Assembly (NCBI GenBank): GCA_963815455.1
Contig: CAWFGO010000001.1
Coordinates: 1,056,001 to 1,120,000 of the forward strand
Direction of reading: 5' to 3'
Source of the DNA: an uncultured Verrucomicrobiae bacterium
GTDB taxonomy: Bacteria > Verrucomicrobiota > Verrucomicrobiia > Chthoniobacterales > UBA10450
Length of the DNA stretch: 64,000 nt
Shown here: positions 21,501-29,547 of the stretch, in pieces
How the letters are laid out: each line of letters begins with the position of its first letter
How positions within the stretch are numbered: position 1 is the stretch's first letter
Notes under the pieces: model-generated
Databases searched by the model: none
The model's input: the letters and a program-made list of their open reading frames with translations, nothing else
Told to the model about the DNA's origin: nothing
Program-made: the position numbers and the translations under genes

Positions 21501-22465
21501 GGCTCATCGTAAACGTGCTGCCGTGGACAAACGCGGAGTTTGAGCAGCTCAAAGGACGAATCTACCGGCAAGGCCAGCGCGCAGAAAAAGTAACGGTGGT
21601 GCTGCCGCTCACGTTTGCTGCCGTCAATGGCGAACGCTGGTCATGGTGCGAGTCCAAGATGCGGCGGCTGAAGTTCAAGAAGTCCATTGCCGACGCCGCC
21701 GTCGATGGCGTCGTGCCCGAGGGACATCTGCGTTCGCCCGCACAAGCATATCAGGATGTGATTGGCTGGCTGGGTCGCCTAACGAGCGGCGAAGTGGAAA
21801 TCGTGAGCCGCACGCCGATCGCGGCTGCGCTTTCACCCGACGCCGCCGAGAGCGAGCGACGCTCGTGTAGTTACGGCGACTTCTCGACGATGAACCGCAA
21901 CTGGAATCAAACCGGCAGCGCGAAGATAGCGGAGCGGCTTCGCGCAGACCCAGACGAGTGGGCGCACTACCACACGCTTTATCGCGAGGCGCGAAAGACG
22001 TGGGCAGTTGTGCCTTTCGAGGAAGTGATCCGCTGGGCAGAGAAGCGCAGCGGCTACGTAATTGGTGACTTTGGTTGCGGTGAAGCAAAGCTCGCGACGG
22101 CGCTCGGGGACCGGCACACAGTTCACAGCTTCGACTATGTCCCGGCAAATGAGGACGTGATCGCTTGCGACATCGCGCACATCCCGATGGAAGACGAATC
22201 GCTCGATGTCGCCGTGTTCTCTCTATCTCTGATGGGCGCCAACTTCACGGACTACCTTCGCGAAGCGTGGCGCTTACTAAAGCTCGATGGGCAGCTGCAC
22301 ATCTATGAAGCGACATCCCGTTTCACAGAGCGAAACGCGTTTGTCGACGGCTTGAAAAAAATGGGGTTTGCGGTGGCCGAGGTGCGCGACGTTTGGAAGT
22401 TCAGCTACATCCACGCATTGCGAACCGACCGCGCGCCCGCCACGGAGTATCAGTTGAAGTTCTAA
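18575..22465 (+). CDS. Fusion of six Zn-ribbons (DUF4379-like), an SF2 helicase and an Rrp8/Methyltransf_8-like SAM methyltransferase
   Basis: Six W[HD]xxxN...WxC...H...GCxxC repeats; GTGAGKT, DEIH, SAT and QLKGRIYR; YHTLYRE...DFGCGEAKLA...LDVAVFSLSLMG. Confidence 0.85.
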   Translation: MAVVRDSRANLGGSLAKTHPQIAAQWHPTKNAPLTPDIIKENSYKLIWWICSKGHEFPCRVNKRTRQGHGCSFCAGQRTAVEDSIAVLFPKLAAEWHPTKNDLRPIDVRPGSNRMVWWLCSKGHDWEATVCRRARGSGCPKCSGRLLSRENSFGGRYPQLAAQWHPLKNGSATPFDYTSSSQENVWWQCNARPPHEWQSKIRSRAAHPSLGCRKCARAKQGKTHLGALDRSHPILCAEWDYEGNAPLVPSDFKANSHQIVAWKCSKYPEHIWSASIRNRAVLGNGCRFCAGQAACPQNSLEALRPDLAAQWHPMLNGSLTPSMVTVGSDKVVWWQCPVDSEHIWRAKIQPRVKRDIGCPDCRQKARPERSLAKVLPALANEWDTKKNKRGPETLTIGSQVSGWWRCSKDPSHVWRATVKNRAAYDRGCPRCRVGWTVPAIRAFVDGLKHHLKAFTPAELYVLFQQNGLLSGDRKSQTFIDALGTGRFPFGEIEKFCRGEKSLVDKFLADQATTLESLTSEKANAAEKQGELGLVDEAQADETALPAVQTVDVLRSLQSTVVISADQEAVEFLVASALAKIWKHAFRDEAAALEQARGFEGDAYADRVRTDFLAEHERAAKLPIPAGYAFTVDGKIALPNLMQRLTAARVLQRRRVGNWSGTGAGKTLSAVLASRASGAGLTLVCCPNSVVEGWRTAILASFPNSVVGTKSFVPDWSALAGDATGFGAAPRHRYLVLNYEMFQQEDSEAKVRRFAEAETADFIVVDEIHFTKQRTAENLSRRKRIIAALIALAAVKQPRLCVLGMSATPVINNLQEGRSLVEMVSGLEHPDIETRPTVANCMKLHQRLVSLGTRWVPKYDAELEQCEVPIDCCDAIEEIRALGRAGSPLALEQILTRVRLPIIRREVRRKTLLYTHYLQGIEGPLRDALTEDGWRVGFFTGDDKTGLDGFLHGDVDVLIGSSAIGTGVDGLQDVCERLIVNVLPWTNAEFEQLKGRIYRQGQRAEKVTVVLPLTFAAVNGERWSWCESKMRRLKFKKSIADAAVDGVVPEGHLRSPAQAYQDVIGWLGRLTSGEVEIVSRTPIAAALSPDAAESERRSCSYGDFSTMNRNWNQTGSAKIAERLRADPDEWAHYHTLYREARKTWAVVPFEEVIRWAEKRSGYVIGDFGCGEAKLATALGDRHTVHSFDYVPANEDVIACDIAHIPMEDESLDVAVFSLSLMGANFTDYLREAWRLLKLDGQLHIYEATSRFTERNAFVDGLKKMGFAVAEVRDVWKFSYIHALRTDRAPATEYQLKF

Positions 22466-22466
22466 C

Positions 22467-24308
22467 TGCACCGGCACGCCGATCGAGAAGACCGACGCCA
22501 ATACGCGCGCGGTCTTCGGCGATTTGCCTTCCCAGGCTCTACGGAAGTGCCGCCCTTTGTTAGAATGCGCTATCGCGCGGTAGTCATCAGCATCTACGAC
22601 ATCCAGCGCGCCGTGGTCCCGCAGTCGCGGGATGCCGATCTATTACGAGAGCCGCGTGGCCAAGCTGGGGTTGAACCAAAGCGAGCTGCCGAAGATCGAC
22701 GAGGAATTCGAAGCGATCACCGAGGGCGAAGAGTTGACGCGCAAGGAGAAGCTCAAGACGAAGTGGGCCGCACTCGAAGCGCTGGTCGGAAATCCGAGGC
22801 GGATCGATCTTGTCGCCGCCGATCTCGTGCAGCACTACGAGCGCCGGCTCGAAGCGATGGAAGGCAAGGCGATGATTGTGTGCATGAGTCGCCGCATCTG
22901 CGTGGAGATGTATAACGCGATCATCAAGCTGCGGCCGGAATGGGCGAGCGGACCTAACGATGATGACACCGGAAAGTCATGCGTCGCGAAGATCGTCATG
23001 ACGGGCAGCGCGGAGGATGGGCCGGATTGGCAGCAGCACATCCGTAATAAAGATAAGCGGCGCGCACTCGCGGGACGGTTCAAGGATCCAAAGGACCCGT
23101 TCAAGATAGTGATCGTCCGCGACATGTGGCTAACCGGATTCGACGCTCCGGTCCTCAGCACAATGTACGTCGATAAGCCGATGCGCGGGCATGGGCTCAT
23201 GCAAGCGATCGCGCGCGTCAACCGCGTCTTCCGCGACAAGCCGGGTGGCTTGGTCGTCGATTATCTCGGCCTCGCCGATCAACTGAAGCAAGCCCTTGCC
23301 ACGTACACCGACAGTGGAGGCAGAGGAACTCCGAGCCTGGACACTGCCGCGGCTATCGCGGTGATGCTCGAGAAACACGAGATCGCCTGCGGAATGATGC
23401 ATCCGTTCGACTGGTCGAAATGGCACGACGGAACGCCCGCGCAGAAGATGGCGCTTCTTCCGCCTGCCCAGGAGCACATCCTTCAACAAGAGAACGGCAA
23501 GGAACGGTTCATCCAAATCGTGACTGAGCTATCGCAAGCGTTCGCTCTATGCGCCGGGAGCGAAGAAGCGTTAGCGATCCGCGACGACATTGGATTCTTC
23601 CAAGCCGTCAAAGCAGCGTTAGCTAAACCGCGCGGCGAACGAAAATCCTCCGAGGTTCTCGATCACGCAGTCCGCCAACTTGTCGCGAAAGCGATTGTGC
23701 CCGAAGGCGAGATCATTGATGTCTTCAGCGCCGCAGGCTTAAAGCAGCCAGACATCAGCATCCTGAGCGATCAGTTCCTCGCCGAAGTTCGCGGACTCAA
23801 ATACAAAAACGTCGCTGCAGAGCTGTTAGCGAAGCTGTTAGGCGACGAAATCAAAGTGCGTTCGAAGCGGAACCTTGTCCAAAGCCGCGAGTTTTCCGAG
23901 ATGCTGAAGAAGACTCTCAACGCCTATCACAACCGAGCAATCGCAACGCAGGAAGTCATTGAAGAGCTAATCAAGCTCGCCAAGCAACTAAGCGAAGCAG
24001 ACAAGCGCGGAGTCGACTTGGGATTGAACGATGACGAAGTCGCTTTCTATGATGCGCTAGCGGCAAATAATAGTGCTGTCGAGGTCATGGGAAAGGATTC
24101 GCTAAAGATCATTGCCACGGAACTCGTTACGCAGGTTCGCAAAAGCGTCACGATCGATTGGACTCTTCGCGAAAGCGCTCGCGCGAAGATCAAAGTCCTC
24201 GTGAAGCGCATCCTAAGAAAGCACGGCTATCCGCCCGACTTCCAAGACGAGGCGGTCAAGACCGTCCTAGCCCAAGCCGAGCTTCTCTGCGCCGAATGGG
24301 CGGCGTAA
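22467..24308 (+). pseudogene. hsdR: Type I R-M restriction subunit HsdR, C-terminal remnant (DUF3387-like tail)
   Basis: Begins at TGTPIEKTDANTRAVFGD; has [20 protein letters not shown] and [12 protein letters not shown]. The nuclease domain and Walker A/B are absent, and there are disruptions at 22524-22632. Confidence 0.88.
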
Positions 24309-24334
24309 AAAATTGCTAAGCGACTACGAACAAT

Positions 24335-25324
24335 ATGAACCCGATAGGCAAATTGGAATCCGTTGAACTAAGGGTTGCTTGGCAAAACGAAGCGACCGGT
24401 TTTACGCCTTGGCTCGCGATGGAAGAGAACATCGCTTTGCTGAGCGAAACACTCGACCTGCAGCTGGAACTGGAGAAGGCAGAAAAAGATGTTGGTCCAT
24501 ATAGCGCGGATATCGTCTGTCGGGATGTTCAGACGGATAGGATCGTTCTGATCGAAAATCAGCTAGAAAAAACCGACCACGGGCACCTCGGCCAACTCTT
24601 CACCTACGCCGCCGGCGTCGACGCGGTTATCCTTATATGGATTGCAAAGAAGTTTACAGAAGAACACCGCGCTGCCGTTGACTGGTTGAATAAAATTTCT
24701 GGACCGGACTTTCATTTCTTCGCTCTAGAAGTTCAGCTTTGGCGAATTGGGGATTCCCCACCTGCTCCGAAATTCAACATCGTATGCAAGCCCAACGACT
24801 GGAGTAAAACGCTGAAGACTCGATTGGACGACGAAGGCCAAACAGAGCATCAACTCTTGCGTCTCCGTTTCTGGACCGCCTTCAAGGAATGGGCAGAAGG
24901 ACATACGTCGCTACATTTGCACAGTCCTAGCGACTGCCACTGGTTAAATATGTCAGCGGGGCGCAGCGGGATGCATTTCGCCGCTATAATTTCCAAATGG
25001 AACACTTTTCAAAACAAGTATTCACCTGAGATTCGAGCCGAGTTGGTCTTAACGTCAGATAAAGCGAAGAAGCAATTTGCGTCGCTTCAAGCACGTAAGG
25101 ATGAGGTATCCCTAAACCCGGATCGAATCGGCCGTTTGAATATTACATTATTCCATCTGAGGTCATGGCCGAGAATGTTTCGAAGGCGCACAAACTTTGG
25201 CTATCGACTCCCGGAAAGAAAGGTCAAGCACACAAGGACAACACTGTGCGCACAGTTCATCTTCCCCCTCACAAGTCTTTCAGCGGTTGGGATATTTCCC
25301 CTTATCGCGATCGCTGGGATCTGA
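24335..25324 (+). CDS. DUF4268-associated PD-(D/E)XK-like protein; C-terminus probably truncated near 25108
   Basis: FTPWLA, ADIVC...LIENQLEKTDHGHLGQ and LRFWTAF motifs; the tail after RKDEV looks non-homologous. Confidence 0.7.
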   Translation: MNPIGKLESVELRVAWQNEATGFTPWLAMEENIALLSETLDLQLELEKAEKDVGPYSADIVCRDVQTDRIVLIENQLEKTDHGHLGQLFTYAAGVDAVILIWIAKKFTEEHRAAVDWLNKISGPDFHFFALEVQLWRIGDSPPAPKFNIVCKPNDWSKTLKTRLDDEGQTEHQLLRLRFWTAFKEWAEGHTSLHLHSPSDCHWLNMSAGRSGMHFAAIISKWNTFQNKYSPEIRAELVLTSDKAKKQFASLQARKDEVSLNPDRIGRLNITLFHLRSWPRMFRRRTNFGYRLPERKVKHTRTTLCAQFIFPLTSLSAVGIFPLIAIAGI

Positions 25325-25495
25325 TTGAGAAAGTGCTTAAGGCGGCTGCCACGTGAGGGCGGGAACTATGGCGTTTTGCCGCAGGTCGCAACATTTCTCC
25401 GCAAATTGCGAGATGAAGATTGGCATCACATCGGTGAATAATCGCTCGCGAATACGTTGACACAGGTAAGCGATCCCCAGTAATTTTGACGCTCG

Positions 25496-25900
25496 ATGGC
25501 TTCAGCGGATAAACCGATCGGAATCGCATTGATCATCTGCGATCGCGTCATCACCGATGTGGTCACGCATGAGAAAACCCTCGTTAGCACATTCAATCAG
25601 CTCCTGGCAAGTCGCTTCCCATGCGTCCACCCGCGCCTGACGATTTTTGTTGCAGTAACCAACGGCCGCGGAACCGCGGAAGCGGAGATCAGGTGCGTGA
25701 ATGAATCAGACCAAGATACTGCGATTTTTGGCATGAAAGGCGCGATACCTTTCTCCGATCCGAACCACGTCGTAGAGATGAGCTTTCAATTTAACAATCT
25801 CACATTCCCAAAGCCCGGCCCGCACAGCGTGGAGTTTCTCTGTGACGGGGAGCTGATCTTGCAGAGCCGGTTCCAAGTTGGTATCCTCAAGAAAGCCTGA
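25496..25900 (+). CDS. DUF6941-like hypothetical protein
   Basis: ALIICDRVITD...KTLVSTFNQ...FPKPGPHSVEFLCDG beta-rich pattern. Confidence 0.6.
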   Translation: MASADKPIGIALIICDRVITDVVTHEKTLVSTFNQLLASRFPCVHPRLTIFVAVTNGRGTAEAEIRCVNESDQDTAIFGMKGAIPFSDPNHVVEMSFQFNNLTFPKPGPHSVEFLCDGELILQSRFQVGILKKA

Positions 25901-25907
25901 ACCCAAT

Positions 25908-26168
25908 ATGCCGACCGTTACACAAGAAACGCCTCACTTTTATCGGCTCAACGACGCGCCGCCGGCTGATCTGACGAAGGGCGAAGGGAGCAAGCTTCAT
26001 TCGACATATTTCGAATTTCGACTCACTCTTCCGGTGATCGTAGCGGTGGCAGCGACCGAATTGTCGGACTCTGAACTGCTGGTTGCTGCTGAAAAGGCGG
26101 GCACATTCGAGTTTCTTAACGCTGCGGAGGAAGATGGCTATAACGACCTGCTCAAAAAGAATGAATGA
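25908..26168 (+). CDS. Small putative antitoxin
   Basis: Acidic C-terminus FEFLNAAEEDGYNDL; ATGA overlap with the toxin gene. Confidence 0.55.
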   Translation: MPTVTQETPHFYRLNDAPPADLTKGEGSKLHSTYFEFRLTLPVIVAVAATELSDSELLVAAEKAGTFEFLNAAEEDGYNDLLKKNE

Positions 26169-26536
26169 ACAAATGGGACGTGGTCGTTCTCAGCTATCCC
26201 TTCACCGATCTTTCGGCGACTAAAGTCCGCCCGGCGGTCATTATCTCGCCGGATTCCTACAATCGAACCAGTCAAGATGCGGTGTTCATTTTGATCACAA
26301 CGAACACTTCGCGACGAAGTCCATTCGATTTCGTTGTGCAAAACTCTCACCCGGAGTTTATGGCAACGGGATTACGATTCGATTCCGCCGTGAGAATCGA
26401 CAAAATCTTTACCCTCAACAAGAAGCTTGTCGTTCGTACCATTGGTCGGTTCGGCTCGCAGTTAATTAAAGAGATAGAAAAACAGTTGCGACTGTTTCTC
26501 GAATTGCCGGGAGAGCAGCTGGCGCTTAAGATCTGA
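26165..26536 (+). CDS. PemK/MazF family toxin
   Basis: DVVVLSYPFTDLSATKVRPAVIIS...TGL..DSAVRIDKI. Confidence 0.9.
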   Translation: MNKWDVVVLSYPFTDLSATKVRPAVIISPDSYNRTSQDAVFILITTNTSRRSPFDFVVQNSHPEFMATGLRFDSAVRIDKIFTLNKKLVVRTIGRFGSQLIKEIEKQLRLFLELPGEQLALKI

Positions 26537-26652
26537 CAGAACTCGGCTGGGGGGGCAAAGCCAGGGTCGGGGGCAAAGCCAGGGTCAAATCTTCGAATCT
26601 TGACCGCGCTGGAATGGCAGCGCGAATCATCAAAGAGCCAAAGGGGTCAGTC

Positions 26653-26745
26653 TGGGCTTGCCCTGATTTCTCGGACAGTTAGGTAAGGGTAATTTGGTTT
26701 AGTGTGAATTCAAAGTTGATAGGGCTTTGGTAGTCAAGACTGGAG
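26653..26745 (-). mobile_element. IS3-family right-end remnant
   Basis: Minus strand reads SSLDYQSPINFEFTLNQITLT* followed by CTGTCCGAGAAATCAGGGCAAGCCCA. This resembles an OrfB C-terminus plus a terminal IR ending in CA. Confidence 0.65.
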
Positions 26746-26833
26746 AAAAGACAGAAGGGCTCATGTCTTTATTCTTGCACCTGGGGGGCCGGGGGCAGCG
26801 CTAACTATCGACGCGGAGCGCGCGCTGCGCGCG

Positions 26834-27790
26834 TTATCGGTTAACTGGGAGCTGGGGAGTTGGGGTTGGTTTTGCTTTCCGTTCAGCACCCGCGTCGCCC
26901 TGCTCCCGTTGCCTGGATTCCATCTGCCTGTCGTGGCGGTGTTGATGACGGCCTCGCCCAGCGTCTCCTTGTTCATCGGCTTCGGACATTTGGCCCTCCC
27001 TGGCATGGTGCAGTTTTCTTCCGTGATCGCCGCCAGCGGTTGCGGGGTCGCTCGGTTGTCCGTGACCTTTTCGTTTCGTTTTTGGATGTTGATTGATCTT
27101 CGCGTTCCCTGCATCGCCGGCGTTGATTGTGTTACCCGGCGCGGCCGTGGCCGTCGGGTTGTTGTCGTTGAATTGACTGTTCTGGATGATGATGTTCTTG
27201 CTCGGCGTGATCGTTCCCGTTCCGGTTCCCGTAGCGTGTGACGCGTCATTTATTTGGGATCCCTGAATGGGAACATTCTTGGTGGGCGTTATCGTTGCCG
27301 TTTCCGTACCTGCGTCTTGGGTGGCCTGATTCACCTGCGATCCCTGAATTTGGATATTAGTCGGTGCCGGGGTCGCCGATGCAGCGGGCGAGCCGCCCGC
27401 TTTGGCCGGGTTAGTATTGACGATTCCTTCGCCGACCTGCTGGTTTTGTGAAAACCTCACTTGGGGGCCCATGAGCGAGAGACCCGGATTAGCTGAAGCA
27501 GCTGGTGAAATCGACGTTGCCGGGCTCGGCGAAGTGGCAGCAGACGCCCCGGAGTTTTGAGGCGGAAGCGTGATAAGCGAAGACAAACCGGCTCCGGAAG
27601 TTTGGGGAGGAGGAGTATCTACAGGAGTCGAAACCGCGGACAAATTCGGCAGATTCGGTTGCGGAGGGCCGGACGGTGTACCGACAACCTGGACATTCTG
27701 GACATTGGTTTGCGCGACCGCTGATAGCGCCAACGCCAAGGCGCCACTCGTTGTCACGAAACAAATGAAATTGCCGATGGTTCTCTTCAT
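26834..27790 (-). CDS. Secreted low-complexity hypothetical protein
   Basis: Signal peptide ending AVA-Q; P/S/T-rich; repeated IQGSQ[VI]N and TITP.KN units; charged C-terminus. Confidence 0.6.
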   Translation of the reverse strand: MKRTIGNFICFVTTSGALALALSAVAQTNVQNVQVVGTPSGPPQPNLPNLSAVSTPVDTPPPQTSGAGLSSLITLPPQNSGASAATSPSPATSISPAASANPGLSLMGPQVRFSQNQQVGEGIVNTNPAKAGGSPAASATPAPTNIQIQGSQVNQATQDAGTETATITPTKNVPIQGSQINDASHATGTGTGTITPSKNIIIQNSQFNDNNPTATAAPGNTINAGDAGNAKINQHPKTKRKGHGQPSDPATAGGDHGRKLHHAREGQMSEADEQGDAGRGRHQHRHDRQMESRQREQGDAGAERKAKPTPTPQLPVNR

Positions 27791-28160
27791 TTGTCGCCAT
27801 GTGTAAATGAATTGGTTCGCTAGGTCAATCCTGTTTGCGGGCCGTAGGCGGAGCGCGCGCGGGGCGCGCGCAAAGAGCCAAAGGGGTCAGTCCTCGGGTC
27901 AGGCATCAAATCTTGACAGCGCTGGAATGGCAGCGCGGATTATTGATTAATTGTTATCCGTTCCGTTGCTATACGTGACTCACGTATATCGTTTGGACGC
28001 AATAGAACAATAGGGTTCAGGCATCAAATCTTGACAGGATCGACAACTAAGAAGTCGAAAGCTGAGACACTGAAAAACTGATCGGCCGTTGCTGACTACG
28101 GCGGGGCCTGCCGCCGTAAAGGTCGCCGTAGCACCGCGGCTCGGGATGACAAGATCGGCC

Positions 28161-28712
28161 TCAGGCCGCGAGTTTGACGGCGTCCTTGTGACCGAGGATG
28201 CGCACGGTCTCTTTCAACTGCTCGACCTTGAGCGGTTTTTTCAACACCGTGATCGGACCTTTGGCCAGAATCCGGTCGAGCATCTCGCTGTCGGGATAAC
28301 CGGTGATGATGATGATCGGGCAATGCGGCTGCGATTTCTTGGCGCTGTCGTAAACGTCATCGGCCGGACCATCCGGCAATTTTAGATCGAGAAAGATGAG
28401 ATCGAACTTTTGCTTGTCGAGCGCGACCAGCGCTTCCTTGACCGTGCCAACCACGACCCGGCTGAATCCAATCTTCTTCAAAAAGAGCTTGAACAAGTTT
28501 TGCAAACTCTCGTCGTCGTCCACGACCAGGACGGTGGGCTGGCCCGATTTGTCCTCCTTAAGGATGTCCTTATCGAGCGAGCTCTTCTTAATCCGCCAAC
28601 GCCCGCCGATTTGAATGGCCGGCAATTGGCCGCGCTGAACGAGATAGTAAACGGTCGGCAACGGGATGCGAAGATACTTGGCCGTTTCCTTGACCGTGAG
28701 GAGGTTATGCAT
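28161..28712 (-). CDS. Response regulator with an N-terminal excisionase-type HTH and a C-terminal receiver domain
   Basis: LLTVKETAKYLRI...IGGRWRI; VLVVDDD, DLKLPD, ITGY and KP motifs. Confidence 0.88.
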   Translation of the reverse strand: MHNLLTVKETAKYLRIPLPTVYYLVQRGQLPAIQIGGRWRIKKSSLDKDILKEDKSGQPTVLVVDDDESLQNLFKLFLKKIGFSRVVVGTVKEALVALDKQKFDLIFLDLKLPDGPADDVYDSAKKSQPHCPIIIITGYPDSEMLDRILAKGPITVLKKPLKVEQLKETVRILGHKDAVKLAA

Positions 28713-28926
28713 GTGTGAAAATCATCAATTTGGCAGAAACTGGGCAAGACATTTCGCTACCCCAAGCATTATAAATTTTAGAATCAATGTCAATCCTTTG
28801 TTAGAAGTTCCCGGGAAAAGGTGAATTTCGGTCGATCTCGCCCTGGGGGGCTCCCGGGGTAGCCAGCGAGGCAAGCCACTTCGTGACTGGACAATGCGGG
28901 GACGGCGGTGGACTATTCGGCCTCGA

Positions 28927-29547
28927 ATGAGCGCGCTGTTCTTTAAACGGTTTTTGAAAAGACCGTTCCAGGTTGCCTCGATCATGCCCAGTTCAAAGGC
29001 CCTGGTCGAGCGCGTCGCGGGCAAGATGGATTTCACCCAGCCGCGGGTAATCGCCGAGTACGGCCCCGGGGAAGGCGTTCATTCCCGCGAGATCGCCCGA
29101 CGGATGGGGCCGGGGTCGCATTTGCTCCTGTTCGAGCTCGATGCCGCGTTATCGCGCGACCTCGAACGACAATTCGCGGGCGACCCGCGTGTTCACGTGA
29201 TTCACGGAAACGCCGCGACCTTGCCGCAGGAACTGGAACGGCTCGGGTTCGGGCACTGCGATTACGTCCTTTCCGGCATTCCGTTCAGCATCCTCCAGAT
29301 CGACAAGAAACGCGCCCTGCTCCAAAAAACCCACGACGCGCTCGCGCCCGGCGGCAGTTTTATCATTTATCAGGTGACCAATGAGCTGAAGCAGCACGCC
29401 ACGCTTTTCGAGCACGCCGAGTCGGAATACTGCCTGCAAAACATTCCGCCCATGTTCGTCACCGTGTTTCAAAGAGCGGTGTCGCTGAATGGCCACGAGC
29501 CTTCCACGCCGCGCCCGACGCGCCTGCACGCGAATCAATCGGCCTAA
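28927..29547 (+). CDS. SAM-dependent methyltransferase (phospholipid N-methyltransferase-like)
   Basis: SIMPSS, EYGPGEG, SGIPF and NIPP motifs. Confidence 0.8.
   Translation: MSALFFKRFLKRPFQVASIMPSSKALVERVAGKMDFTQPRVIAEYGPGEGVHSREIARRMGPGSHLLLFELDAALSRDLERQFAGDPRVHVIHGNAATLPQELERLGFGHCDYVLSGIPFSILQIDKKRALLQKTHDALAPGGSFIIYQVTNELKQHATLFEHAESEYCLQNIPPMFVTVFQRAVSLNGHEPSTPRPTRLHANQSA

Noticed and set aside
18575..22465. Assignment to Hma, DISARM, BREX or type III R-M
   Set aside because: The partner genes are absent and the methyltransferase lacks DNA-MTase catalytic motifs.
22632..24308. Functional stand-alone 558-aa HsdR
   Set aside because: It lacks the nuclease domain and Walker A/B, and its ATG falls within a palindromic disruption.
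28161..28712. Excisionase marking a mobile element boundary
   Set aside because: The HTH is fused to a receiver domain, which fits an ordinary regulator, and no integrase is nearby.
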